This document shows, one piece after another, positions 1-9,483 of a stretch of DNA of 64,000 nucleotides. Source of the stretch: an uncultured bacterium (GTDB taxonomy: Bacteria; Patescibacteriota; Minisyncoccia; SW-4-49-11); the NCBI GenBank assembly GCA_937864235.1, contig CALMJI010000012.1:942-64941 (forward strand), in the 5' to 3' direction. Each line of letters starts with the position of its first letter. Within the stretch, counting starts at the first letter, position 1. Below the pieces are notes generated by a model, which saw only the letters and a program-made list of their open reading frames with translations, was not told the DNA's origin and did no database searches. A program made the position numbers and the translations under genes.

Positions 1-1
1 T

Positions 2-919
2 CTGGAAGTTGAGACTCCAATTTTGACCAAATCTACTCCAGAGGGAGCTAGAGACTTTATCGTGCCTTCTCGCCATCAAGTTGGGAGTTTTTATGCACTA
101 CCACAATCTCCACAACAATATAAGCAATTACTAATGGCTGGGGGAGTGGAGAGATATTTCCAAATTGCTAGATGTTTTAGAGATGAAGATACTCGCAAAG
201 ATAGACAACCGGAGTTTACCCAATTAGATATGGAGATGAGTTTTGTCTCAGAAGAGGATATAATGGCTTTGAATGAAAAGCTTTTGATTGAGTTAGTACA
301 AACACTTTATCCTGAGAAGAAAATTCAGTCAATTCCTTTTCCAAGTATTAGCTATGCTGAGGCAATGGAAAAGTATGGTAATGATAGGCCAGATATTAGA
401 GAGGACAAAGAGGATAATGATTTATTGGCTTTTTGTTGGATTGTTGATTTTCCTCAGTTTGAGAAGACTGAAGAAGGGAATTGGACATTCTCGCATAATC
501 CTTTCTCCGCCCCAAAACCAGAATATATGGAGAATTTGATGGCCACAAAAGACATAGAGACTATTATCTCCACTCAATATGATATTGTACTGAATGGTTT
601 TGAAATTGGTGGGGGAAGTATTCGTAGTCATAAGCCAGAAGCCTTGAGAAAAGTCTTAGAAATTATCGGTTATGAGGGAGAAATTGTGGATAAGTCTTTT
701 GGACATATTCTCACAGCACTAGCCTCAGGAACTCCGCCTCATGGAGGAATAGCTTGGGGGATGGATAGGTTATTAGCAGTACTACAAAATGAGTCTAGTA
801 TTAGAGAGGTAATTGCTTTTCCAAAAACTGGAGATGCTCAAGATCCTATGATGCAGTCTCCAAGCTCGGTCTCAATAGAACAATTAGTGGAACTCGGAAT
901 AAGTATCAAAAAACAATAG
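2..919 (+). CDS. aspS: Aspartate--tRNA ligase, C-terminal part (gene begins before the window)
   Basis: Frame open from base 2 (LEVETPILTKSTPEGARDF); motifs LPQSPQ, YFQIARCFRDED, QPEFTQLD, GGGSIR, PPHGGIAWGMDR. Confidence 0.97.
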   Translation: MEVETPILTKSTPEGARDFIVPSRHQVGSFYALPQSPQQYKQLLMAGGVERYFQIARCFRDEDTRKDRQPEFTQLDMEMSFVSEEDIMALNEKLLIELVQTLYPEKKIQSIPFPSISYAEAMEKYGNDRPDIREDKEDNDLLAFCWIVDFPQFEKTEEGNWTFSHNPFSAPKPEYMENLMATKDIETIISTQYDIVLNGFEIGGGSIRSHKPEALRKVLEIIGYEGEIVDKSFGHILTALASGTPPHGGIAWGMDRLLAVLQNESSIREVIAFPKTGDAQDPMMQSPSSVSIEQLVELGISIKKQ

Positions 920-1041
920 TAAATAAGATGAGATGCATAATATACAAATATTGATGTATGTGGGTGATACATTATCGTAGTTTGTATAGTTATAAACAAG
1001 AGTTCTGAATTTTGTCCCCCTTCGGAGGAGGATAATTTTAC

Positions 1042-1182
1042 TGTCTCCCTTAGGAGGCTTTAAGTCCCTCCTATACTTTTGGGTTTAGGAGGGGGAGTAC
1101 CCGTAGGGGGAGGGTGGATAAAGTATAAACTAAAACTCAATCCACCTCCGGCACTCCGTGCCACCTCCTCCAAAGGAGGACA
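1042..1182. repeat. Palindromic repeat doublet: element X carrying insert I2, plus inverted element Y
   Basis: tgtctcccttaggag[insert]ggagtacccgtagggggagggtggat, AT spacer, atccacctccggcactccgtgccacctcctccaaaggaggaca; related copies near 5.8, 8.5, 15.4, 38.4 and 54.1 kb. Confidence 0.9.
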
Positions 1183-1306
1183 ATTACTATCCCAATTTAC
1201 TGTTATTAGTCTAATAATGCATATAATTCCTTTTGTCTACGATAACCTAATCTCATACAAAAATTTGACTATAAGCTCGATTATTGATACAATAAGATAA
1301 CTTATG

Positions 1307-1379
1307 CGGGAAGTGGCGCAATGGCTAGCGCACCTGGTTTGGGACCAGGGGGCTGCAGGTTCGAGTCCTGTCTTCCCGA
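1307..1379 (+). tRNA. tRNA-Pro(TGG)
   Basis: Acceptor cgggaag/cttcccg, anticodon arm cctgg-tttggga-ccagg, T-loop ggttcgagtcc; upstream ttgact-17-tacaat; CCA not encoded. Confidence 0.96.
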
Positions 1380-1470
1380 CAAGAATTTTATATTATAATA
1401 AGTATATTTTTGACTTTATATACATTTTATATTATAATTGATAATGAAATATTAAATATACACATCCAAC

Positions 1471-1632
1471 ATGAATTCCGAAGATACTGAGCTAGTTACA
1501 AAAATTACTATAGAAGATATTAGCTCTCATCAAACTGAAACTGTACAGGTCACACATAAAGCAGAGGCCGAGATGATTCCAGAAAGAGAAAATGCTATCA
1601 AGATTCCTTTAGACAATGTAATTAAGAAATAG
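1471..1632 (+). CDS. Small hypothetical protein, 53 aa (below ORF-track cutoff)
   Basis: ATG..TAG frame MNSEDTELVTKITIEDISSHQTETVQVTHKAEAEMIPERENAIKIPLDNVIKK; stop 2 nt before next ATG. Confidence 0.5.
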   Translation: MNSEDTELVTKITIEDISSHQTETVQVTHKAEAEMIPERENAIKIPLDNVIKK

Positions 1633-1634
1633 CT

Positions 1635-2309
1635 ATGACTATTCAAGAACAAGTAAAGATACTTGTTGAAAATAAGTCCACAGATGAGCAAATTTATTTA
1701 GATTTATTACAAAAAGGTTTTAAAGTCATTGAAATTGAGATAGCACTAAAGGCTATAAATAAAACCAAAATAGACATACAATCAAGAGGGATCACGCTGA
1801 TTATACTATTTGGATCGGTATCTATTGGTTTGGCTGCTATTAGCTTTATTGCTTCCAATTGGAGCGCATTTGGAGATTTTGGTAAAATTGGAGTTATTAG
1901 TGGAGGATTATTATTGGCTTATATTGGAGCTGGATATACCAAATCAATTGGTTTGTCAAGGGTTTATAACGGATTATTACTATTAGCTCAGCTAATCTTT
2001 GGGGCGGGAGTATTCTTGATTGGAGAAATAGTCTCTATTCAAATTGCAGCTCAAATTAGTATTTTGATCTGGTTAATAGGATTGATTTGGGCTGGTTATT
2101 TATTACAGTCTATGATCTTGAGGTGGCTTATATTGGCTTTAGGGATTGTCTCAGTTCTAGGTATCCCAGAATTTTTCTATACTTATGATTGGTATCGTAG
2201 AGACTATAGTATTTATGCTCTTTTAGCTGTAATTTTAGCTTTTGAGATATTCTATTATGTCTCTCGTAAATTTAAGAATATAGATTATTCTCAATATTTA
2301 TATGATTAA
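1635..2309 (+). CDS. DUF2157-like membrane protein
   Basis: FIASNW..KI and FGAGVFLIG patterns, multiple TM segments. Confidence 0.7.
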   Translation: MTIQEQVKILVENKSTDEQIYLDLLQKGFKVIEIEIALKAINKTKIDIQSRGITLIILFGSVSIGLAAISFIASNWSAFGDFGKIGVISGGLLLAYIGAGYTKSIGLSRVYNGLLLLAQLIFGAGVFLIGEIVSIQIAAQISILIWLIGLIWAGYLLQSMILRWLILALGIVSVLGIPEFFYTYDWYRRDYSIYALLAVILAFEIFYYVSRKFKNIDYSQYLYD

Positions 2310-2314
2310 GTAAT

Positions 2315-3400
2315 ATGTTTATGCTGTCTATATTACCATTAATTATCTTCATAGCTGTCATTATTGCAATTATAATAGGTATTAGAAATATTAGCACTAA
2401 AAAAAGTATAGCTGAGTCTAGCTTTAATTTATTTATATCTTATGATGATTTATTAAAGCAACTATTATTATCTATGGGATTTATAATCGCTATTACAGCT
2501 CTATATTCTAGCTCTCATTCTCTGAGATTTGAAATAGGCTGGTATTGGTTCGCTACTATTGGTGGAGTTGTGACAACATATGTCTCTTATAAACAACATA
2601 GTCCAATTACTTTGATTGTGGGACTCTTGATAGCTACGATTGGGGTGACATTTGGAGGTTATCAGGTAGCCACTAACAATACTATAGATCGGGGACTTGC
2701 TTATATGTCAGCTTTTCTGATCTTTGCTTCTTTCTATGGCTTATCTATTAGCTTCTTTACTAATAATAGAGCTAAGAGATATTATACAATTTTTAATCTA
2801 ATTGGAATATTGGGTATAGGTATAGTAACATTTTTCCTGGGCTCATTTAGCGCAAGAGAAGTTTGGGGTTATATCGCCAACGGTAAAGATGCAGCAATTT
2901 GGAGTAATTTCAAAACTGGTTTGATTCTAACTGGAGGTATTGGTTTGCTAATAATTAGTTATATCAAATCTATTACATATTTTAAGAAAAATTTATATCA
3001 GCTTATAATATCTGTTATTGGAATTATTGGTGCTAGTCTAGTTTTGTTATTGCCCAATGTTTCATTATTATATGATCCTAATAATCAATATTCTTATGAA
3101 GTCAATGATTGGACTCAGAAAAATCTAGAAATTTTACCACATATTATATCAATGAATATTTTGTTCTTGGCTGGAGTATTATGGTTATTATATAGTTCTT
3201 ATAAATTAAAAGAAATTTGGAGGTTGAATTTGAGTATTTTAGCTTTATTTATATTCGTATTAGTGAGGTATTTTGATTGGGTGGAGAGAACTGAACTTGA
3301 TAGGAGTTTATTCTTCTTGAGTTTAGGAGTCATATTCTTGATTACTGGTTGGGGGTTGGAGAGGTTGAGGCGAAACATATTAGCTAGTATAGATAATTAG
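2315..3400 (+). CDS. Polytopic membrane protein (DUF2157/DUF4401-like)
   Basis: Many TM segments, C-terminal RYFDW...RSLFF..LG...LERLRR; coupled to neighbours. Confidence 0.65.
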   Translation: MFMLSILPLIIFIAVIIAIIIGIRNISTKKSIAESSFNLFISYDDLLKQLLLSMGFIIAITALYSSSHSLRFEIGWYWFATIGGVVTTYVSYKQHSPITLIVGLLIATIGVTFGGYQVATNNTIDRGLAYMSAFLIFASFYGLSISFFTNNRAKRYYTIFNLIGILGIGIVTFFLGSFSAREVWGYIANGKDAAIWSNFKTGLILTGGIGLLIISYIKSITYFKKNLYQLIISVIGIIGASLVLLLPNVSLLYDPNNQYSYEVNDWTQKNLEILPHIISMNILFLAGVLWLLYSSYKLKEIWRLNLSILALFIFVLVRYFDWVERTELDRSLFFLSLGVIFLITGWGLERLRRNILASIDN

Positions 3401-3401
3401 T

Positions 3402-3983
3402 ATGAAAAATAAGAATTTGATTATAGTATTTATTCTGCAACTGATTATTATCTTAGGTCTTTTTGCTTATTTTTATAATAGAGAAAAAAGAGATGTTTCA
3501 ATAGTGTATTTATCAATAATAAATCAAGAAGATAATACCAGTAAATTAAAATATGACATCAATGAAATAGATGAATATATATTTCAATATAATCAAGCCC
3601 CAACTAATTCAGATGGAATAGTAGTCAAAAAATTAGACCTAAAAGTAGGGGATACAGTCTATCTAAAATTAGACAAATACGGAAGTGGTAAAACAGCTTC
3701 CATAATTTTAGCTACCACAGATATGAATTCTATAAACAAACATTCATATTATGAATATGAGGATATGGTAAAAAAACCTTTTATTAAAGGTAAAATATTA
3801 GAAATTAAAATAGGACAACAGGGTGAGCCAAATAAGTATATTGTTGAATATGGAATAGAGGAAGGTGAATTTGTGGCAAATAAGCTTGCAGGAGCGGTAG
3901 CTAAAGTAGAATTAAACTCAAGTGGAGAGTCTAAATTATTAGAAATTTATCAAGACCATAATATAATTTATAAGAATAATTAG
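3402..3983 (+). CDS. Membrane-anchored protein, GDYXXLXY-family-like
   Basis: N-terminal TM, GDTVYL, FIKG, VEYGIE; typical third gene of DUF2157 operons. Confidence 0.6.
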   Translation: MKNKNLIIVFILQLIIILGLFAYFYNREKRDVSIVYLSIINQEDNTSKLKYDINEIDEYIFQYNQAPTNSDGIVVKKLDLKVGDTVYLKLDKYGSGKTASIILATTDMNSINKHSYYEYEDMVKKPFIKGKILEIKIGQQGEPNKYIVEYGIEEGEFVANKLAGAVAKVELNSSGESKLLEIYQDHNIIYKNN

Positions 3984-5197
3984 CTTGACTTTTTTATCTC
4001 TTGAATAAAATCATAAGTTTTCTTGGCAATAGATTTGTATGAAAATTCATTTTCGGCTCTTTCTTGTCCTAATTTGACTAATTTTTTATATTTAGATTTA
4101 TTATCATAAGCCTCAGTTAATGCTTCTCTTATGGCTAGAATATCTTTTTCTATTATAATATACCCAGCTTTACCAATAACTAAAGGAATAGCTCCGCTAT
4201 CTGAGCCAATTACAGGAGTTCCAGCCGCCATAGATTCTACTAAAACTCTCCCAAATTGTTCTTTCCAAATGGGAGTAGTATGTGAAAGTAAAATAGAAAT
4301 ATCCAAAAGTTGGAAATAAGCAGGTATTTCATCAAATTTGATAGCAGGTTGAATATTAATTATGTGATTTAAATTTAATTTGTCAATCAGAGCATTGAGA
4401 TGACTTATATAGTCCTCGGAGCCATTGCCAATAATTAGAGTTCTAGTATTAGGTTTGTGCCAACCAGCAAAAGCATAAATCATATCTTCAATACCTTTTT
4501 CTGGAGTTAGTCTTCCAATATATCCATATACAAAATCTTCTGCCTTGATATGTAAACTATTGCGAATTTCATCTAATTTGGAGGCTTCAATAGTATCAGC
4601 AAATCTTTCATAATCTACTCCTAGTTGTGGAAAAGTACCTTTGAGACCTTTGAACTTGAGAGACAGCATTCTTTGGTCAAAATCTTGCCAGACTTCTGGG
4701 AATTGGAAAACTAAACCATCTAATTTAGGAATAATAAACTTTTCAAGCAACTGAAAAGAAGCATATCTAAGCTTTTGATAAGGAGACTGAGCCTCTTTTT
4801 CCCAAATATGACACATATTTTCACAAGAAAGTAATATTAATTTGGTTTCGGGTAAAAATTTCTTAGTCACATAGCTGACCTGAGCTGCAACTTGAGTCCA
4901 ATATTCCTCCTCCAGCATAATTATATCTGGATTAAGGCTCTGGAGAGTTTTCTTAAGATTTCTAAATATAAAAAAGTTCAATTTACCAGTAAAAAATCCA
5001 GAAAGAGTAATATGCTTATAAGCCTTACCCTCATAAGGAGTACTATAAACTTTTTGGCCACCACCTTCTAGCCCAAATTCTGGAGTAATTAGGGTGATAT
5101 TAAGGTCTTTATACTTTGCTAGCGCTTCTATCTTAGCTCGATAAGGAGCATAGACATAGGCATGAGATATAATTACTAAATTTGTCGAATCTTTCAT
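3980..5197 (-). CDS. Glycosyltransferase family 4
   Basis: GYIGRLTPEKG, EQFGRVLVESMAAGTPVIGSDSG. Confidence 0.93.
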   Translation of the reverse strand: MKDSTNLVIISHAYVYAPYRAKIEALAKYKDLNITLITPEFGLEGGGQKVYSTPYEGKAYKHITLSGFFTGKLNFFIFRNLKKTLQSLNPDIIMLEEEYWTQVAAQVSYVTKKFLPETKLILLSCENMCHIWEKEAQSPYQKLRYASFQLLEKFIIPKLDGLVFQFPEVWQDFDQRMLSLKFKGLKGTFPQLGVDYERFADTIEASKLDEIRNSLHIKAEDFVYGYIGRLTPEKGIEDMIYAFAGWHKPNTRTLIIGNGSEDYISHLNALIDKLNLNHIINIQPAIKFDEIPAYFQLLDISILLSHTTPIWKEQFGRVLVESMAAGTPVIGSDSGAIPLVIGKAGYIIIEKDILAIREALTEAYDNKSKYKKLVKLGQERAENEFSYKSIAKKTYDFIQEIKKSS

Positions 5198-5221
5198 AAT
5201 AAGTACATTATATCACAAAAA

Positions 5222-5620
5222 CTATTTCCAGTTAAGATAAGTAATAGATAATTGTAGGGCTGTGGCAATACAAACCCAAATTAGATAGGGGATTTGCATC
5301 AAAGCTACCCATTTCATATATGGCCAAATAGCTAAAATTGCCCAGATAATAGTAGCTAATAATAAAACAATATCTATAGCCCCCAGTAAATTATTCCGAA
5401 GTCCAAATTGGAGAGGACTAAAAGCAATATTAAAGACAATGTTCAAAATAAAAGGTAAAGCCACCGTCCAACTAATTTTCCCATTCATAGCCTGATAAAA
5501 TACCGCACTAAAAGATATAAAAATCAGAATATACAGCACAGACCAGACCGTCCCAAATAACCAAGTAGGAGGAGCCCAAGATGGTTTGATCAAGTCCTCA
5601 TACCAAGATGATGTATTCAT
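5222..5620 (-). CDS. tspO: TspO/MBR family tryptophan-rich sensory protein
   Basis: WYEDLIKPSWAPPTWLFGTVW, PYLIWVCIATAL. Confidence 0.92.
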   Translation of the reverse strand: MNTSSWYEDLIKPSWAPPTWLFGTVWSVLYILIFISFSAVFYQAMNGKISWTVALPFILNIVFNIAFSPLQFGLRNNLLGAIDIVLLLATIIWAILAIWPYMKWVALMQIPYLIWVCIATALQLSITYLNWK

Positions 5621-5755
5621 AAGTTTGGGTTTTAGATGATATGTTTTATTATAGCATTTATATGAGTTTTGTGAAAACCTTTGTGCGAGATGAGATTATA
5701 GTAGACAAAATATATAAATTGTCCTCCCTTGGATAGGATAGGTATTTGACATTGT

Positions 5756-5869
5756 TGTCTCCCTTTGGAGGGAGTACCCGTAGGGGGAGGGTGGATAAAA
5801 GTTAAATAAGAGTGATACTAGTATAAATCCACCTCCGGCCTTGACGGCCACCTCCTCCAAAGGAGGACA
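5756..5869. repeat. Palindromic repeat doublet: uninterrupted X plus inverted Y
   Basis: tgtctccctttggagggagtacccgtagggggagggtggat (5756-5796), spacer, atccacctccggccttgacggccacctcctccaaaggaggaca (5827-5869). Confidence 0.92.
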
Positions 5870-5918
5870 GATCTATGATAATTTACTTGTCTACGATGTT
5901 ACTCATCTTATTCAACCC

Positions 5919-6500
5919 CTACCCCTTCACCCTCTTAGCACCATCCCAAGTGTCATTAGTCTCTTCTGGATAATCGAACCACAGTCTCGCACTACAAACA
6001 TCACTCATATGAGCAAGACAAGCCAACTCATTCATCACTCTGCCATTCATACTATAATCTTTTCCTTCCCCTTCAGTATATTTGATACCATTTTCATGCT
6101 CTGGGGTTAATTGTATCCCATATTCTTGTAATTTTTGGATACGAAAATTATTTTGCATTTCTCTATCTTGCATTGATTCTTTGTTATACAATTTACCGTC
6201 GATTAAATCATATCTCCAAGGTTTTTCTATATCATGTAAATATAAGACTAGTAGTAAATCAGATAGTGAAAAGGGGAGAGGTCTCAGAGAATTTAATCTC
6301 TCATATAGCACAATAGCAATATTCATAACTTCCTGCACATGATCATAATATCCTCCTAACCAAGTGTGATGATTATGGGCACTACCTTGTACAGTTTTGA
6401 AAAGTTCCAGATTATCATTTAGAATATTTTGACAAGCAGTACGATTCGGCTCATCAATCATTTTTAGCATTTGCTCGAGAGCGTAGTAGGGGTTGGGCAT
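5919..6500 (-). CDS. HD-domain phosphohydrolase-like protein
   Basis: HH..GG..DH, LHDIEK, late H..D. Confidence 0.7.
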   Translation of the reverse strand: MPNPYYALEQMLKMIDEPNRTACQNILNDNLELFKTVQGSAHNHHTWLGGYYDHVQEVMNIAIVLYERLNSLRPLPFSLSDLLLVLYLHDIEKPWRYDLIDGKLYNKESMQDREMQNNFRIQKLQEYGIQLTPEHENGIKYTEGEGKDYSMNGRVMNELACLAHMSDVCSARLWFDYPEETNDTWDGAKRVKG

Positions 6501-6505
6501 AGAGA

Positions 6506-7570
6506 TTATAATATATTATTATTTTTATTAAACCTTTCGAAGGCGAGTTGAATTAACTTATCAATCAAATCAGGGTAATCAATGCCCGACACCTCCCAGA
6601 GTTTAGGATACATACTGGTTTTTGTAAATCCCGGTAAGGTGTTAATCTCATTTACAAAAACTTGTCCATCGCTAGTCAAGAAGAAATCTACTCTTGCCAA
6701 GCCCTCACAAGATAATGTTTGGAATGTTTTTATAGCTAAATTTTGAACTTGCTCAGTGATAGAATCAGATATTCGGGCTGGGATTTGTAAATCAGCTCCT
6801 TTTTGGTCTATATATTTTGAATCATAAGAATAAAAATCAGTATCAACAACAATTTCACCTAGAATAGAAGCCATAGGCTTATCATTACCCAGTATAGCAC
6901 ATTCAATTTCTCTGCCCTGAATAAATTCCTCAATTATAATTTTGTTATCAAATTCAAAAGCATTTTCAATGGCATTATTATAACTATTCTCATCAGTGAC
7001 CTTGCTTACTCCAATAGATGACCCCATATTTGCTGGTTTAACAAATACAGGAGAACCCAGATTATCTGTAATAGTCTGAAAGTTAGGTATGGATTGACTA
7101 GATTTTAAGGTCATAAATTTAGCAATTGGTATGCCAGCATCTCTCAATAATCTCTTCATAATATCTTTATCCATCCCAATAGCTGAACCAAGTACATCAG
7201 CTCCAACAAAAGGAATATTAGCAAGTTTTAATAATCCCTGTACAGTTCCGTCCTCTCCAAATGGACCGTGTAGAATTGGAAATACTACATCAATTTTTCT
7301 ATTATGCTTCAAATCATCTAAGCTACTAGGTAAATACTCCACAATAGATTCTGCTGTATTCAATTCAATGAGCTTTGGATTATCTGAATTTAACAATAGA
7401 TTTGATGTGTCATTTATAACACAATTACCAGATTTATCTATCCCAATTAAAATAGGATTATATTTATTTTTATCAATAGCCTCAATAATATTTTTGGCAG
7501 ATAACAAAGATATTTTATGTTCGGCAGATTGCCCTCCACATAATATAGCAACATTGATTTTTTTACTCAT
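6506..7570 (-). CDS. ddl: D-alanine--D-alanine ligase
   Basis: GGQSAEH.ISL.SA, LHGPFGEDGTVQG, KPANMGSSIG, NEINTLPGFT..SMYP. Confidence 0.96.
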   Translation of the reverse strand: MSKKINVAILCGGQSAEHKISLLSAKNIIEAIDKNKYNPILIGIDKSGNCVINDTSNLLLNSDNPKLIELNTAESIVEYLPSSLDDLKHNRKIDVVFPILHGPFGEDGTVQGLLKLANIPFVGADVLGSAIGMDKDIMKRLLRDAGIPIAKFMTLKSSQSIPNFQTITDNLGSPVFVKPANMGSSIGVSKVTDENSYNNAIENAFEFDNKIIIEEFIQGREIECAILGNDKPMASILGEIVVDTDFYSYDSKYIDQKGADLQIPARISDSITEQVQNLAIKTFQTLSCEGLARVDFFLTSDGQVFVNEINTLPGFTKTSMYPKLWEVSGIDYPDLIDKLIQLAFERFNKNNNIL

Positions 7571-7684
7571 ATTATTCAAGTCTATATATTTTATTATAGC
7601 ATATATTGGTGTGGTAACCTAAATTATCTTAAAATATAAATATGTGATAAAATATATCTAAATTTAAATGGTTAAAACTATTTT

Positions 7685-8266
7685 ATGAAAGATAGAGTGG
7701 ATAAAATACTTGCCTTTTTACAGGAAATAGAAAAATATAAAATTATTGAAAGAGAAATGTTTTGTTCTAATCTTAATAGAGCTGAAAGCGATGCTGAACA
7801 TTCTTGGCATATAGCTATGTTTTTAATTCTTTTTGAAAATGATTTGCCTCAAGATATAGATATGAAAAAGATGTTAAAACTAGCATTGATGCATGATTTA
7901 GTGGAAATTTATGCTGGGGATACTTTTGCATATGACAAACAAAATCAAGCGACTAAAAAAGAAAGAGAATCTAAAGCAGCGGCTAAGCTTTTTTCACAAT
8001 TACCAGAAGATTTGAGTAAAGAATTTATGAATTTATTTGACGAATACGAAGAAATACAGACTAAAGAAGCAAAATTTGTGAAATCTTTTGATAAAATTCA
8101 ACCAATTTTACAAAATCTATGCTCCTCTGGAAAATCTTGGCAAAAACATAAAATCACCTTCTCAGATATTGATCAGTATAAAAGAAAATATGTAGAACAT
8201 AATGATTTAATTTTAGAAATATATGAGAAGTTGCTTAATGATGCGAGAGATAAAAAGCTAATATAA
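7685..8266 (+). CDS. HD-domain hydrolase (YfbR/HDDC2-like 5'-deoxynucleotidase family)
   Basis: ESDAEHSW, HDLVEIYAGD, EAKFVKSFDK. Confidence 0.85.
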   Translation: MKDRVDKILAFLQEIEKYKIIEREMFCSNLNRAESDAEHSWHIAMFLILFENDLPQDIDMKKMLKLALMHDLVEIYAGDTFAYDKQNQATKKERESKAAAKLFSQLPEDLSKEFMNLFDEYEEIQTKEAKFVKSFDKIQPILQNLCSSGKSWQKHKITFSDIDQYKRKYVEHNDLILEIYEKLLNDARDKKLI

Positions 8267-8326
8267 AGCCAATTGTTATATAGTGTTGTATTATATTATC
8301 GTAGATAATTTATATAAAAATATATG

Positions 8327-8413
8327 CGGAAGTGAGAGGATTCGAACCTCTGGTAGGGGTAAACCTACAACAGTTTTCAAGACTGCCGCCTTCAACCGCT
8401 CAGCCACACTTCC
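8327..8413 (-). tRNA. tRNA-Ser(TGA)
   Basis: Reverse strand ggaagtg...cacttcc-g, anticodon loop cttgaaa, long variable arm, ggttcgaatcc. Confidence 0.96.
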
Positions 8414-8469
8414 AGTTTGTGATATACATTATATCATATTTATTTGTTTTTGTATATATCGGAGTTTTA

Positions 8470-8597
8470 AAATTCCCCTCTCATCCCTGCGGGAGATAAA
8501 TTGAGGGGTGGACAGCTTGCTGGACGGGGTGGATAAAACATAAACTAAAACTCTATCCACCTCCGGCACTCCGTGCCACCTCCTCCAAAGGAGGACA
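8470..8597. repeat. Palindromic repeat doublet: element Z carrying insert I1, plus inverted Y
   Basis: aattcccctc[tcatccctgcgggagataaa]ttgaggggtggacagcttgctggacggggtggat, then Y identical to 1140-1182. Confidence 0.9.
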
Positions 8598-8679
8598 ATG
8601 TTCTATACTAATTTGTTATTAGGCTATTATATTATATATAAAATATGCTATAATATTCATATAATTAAATATAAAATTT

Positions 8680-9426
8680 ATGGCTGGAATTTGGCGACGC
8701 TGGCGAAGATATAGGACAAAAGTTAGACAATATGTATCTCAGCAGTATTTGAGAGAAATTGTCTATGGTGGTAGTGATGGTATTGTGACTACTTTTGCGG
8801 TGGTGGCTGGGTTTACGGGAGCAAATGCTACTGGTTCGGATCTGATGGGACTAACTATTGGGGCGGTGGTTTTGTTTGGTTTGGCTAATCTATTCTCTGA
8901 TGCTATGTCTATGGGATTGGGGGATTATATGTCGATTAGGTCTCAAGAGGATTTATATCATACTACTTATCAAAAAGAATTAAAGCATCTTGAGCATAGT
9001 AGTGAATCTTTTAATAATAGAATTCAGGATAAATTAGTAGAAAAAGGCTTTAGTAAAAGTGATGCTAAGGAAATTGTCAAATTATTCCATAAAAATCCCA
9101 AATTTGGAATTGAGTGGTTGATGCAGGAGTATCACGGTATTCCTGATCCTGGTGATACTAATCCTATTTTTTCAGCTTTAGCTACTATTGTATCTTTCTT
9201 ATTCTTTGGATTTATCCCGCTGATTCCTTTTGTATTTGGTATCGCTGATCCGACTCAAGCCTTTTTATTATCTATCTCTGGTGTGATTACAGCTTTAGTT
9301 TTACTTGGTTTACTCAGGTGGAAAGTGGTTGGTTATGGTTTGACAAGAGCTTTGGGTGAGACTTTGTTCTTGGGAGGTGTTTCAGCTGCAATTGCTTTTA
9401 TTATTGGAGCTATTATTGGAGCTTAG
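8680..9426 (+). CDS. VIT1/CCC1 family Fe/Mn transporter
   Basis: IVYGGSDGIVTTFAVVAG, ANLFSDAMSMGLGDY, FGFIPLIPF. Confidence 0.92.
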   Translation: MAGIWRRWRRYRTKVRQYVSQQYLREIVYGGSDGIVTTFAVVAGFTGANATGSDLMGLTIGAVVLFGLANLFSDAMSMGLGDYMSIRSQEDLYHTTYQKELKHLEHSSESFNNRIQDKLVEKGFSKSDAKEIVKLFHKNPKFGIEWLMQEYHGIPDPGDTNPIFSALATIVSFLFFGFIPLIPFVFGIADPTQAFLLSISGVITALVLLGLLRWKVVGYGLTRALGETLFLGGVSAAIAFIIGAIIGA

Positions 9427-9483
9427 ATTGACTAAACACTCCAAAAAAGGCATACTATAAATAGATTAAAATAATTTTTTATT

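Noticed and set aside
1079-1300. Short ORFs built from repeat sequence (also 5841-6110, 15228-15792, 38253-38456, 54196-54456, 62448-62645, 63150-63356)
   Set aside because: Their peptides (GVPVGGGW, ATSSKGG) are translations of the palindromic repeats; no independent coding evidence
8283-8504. 73-aa ORF
   Set aside because: Antisense to tRNA-Ser(TGA)
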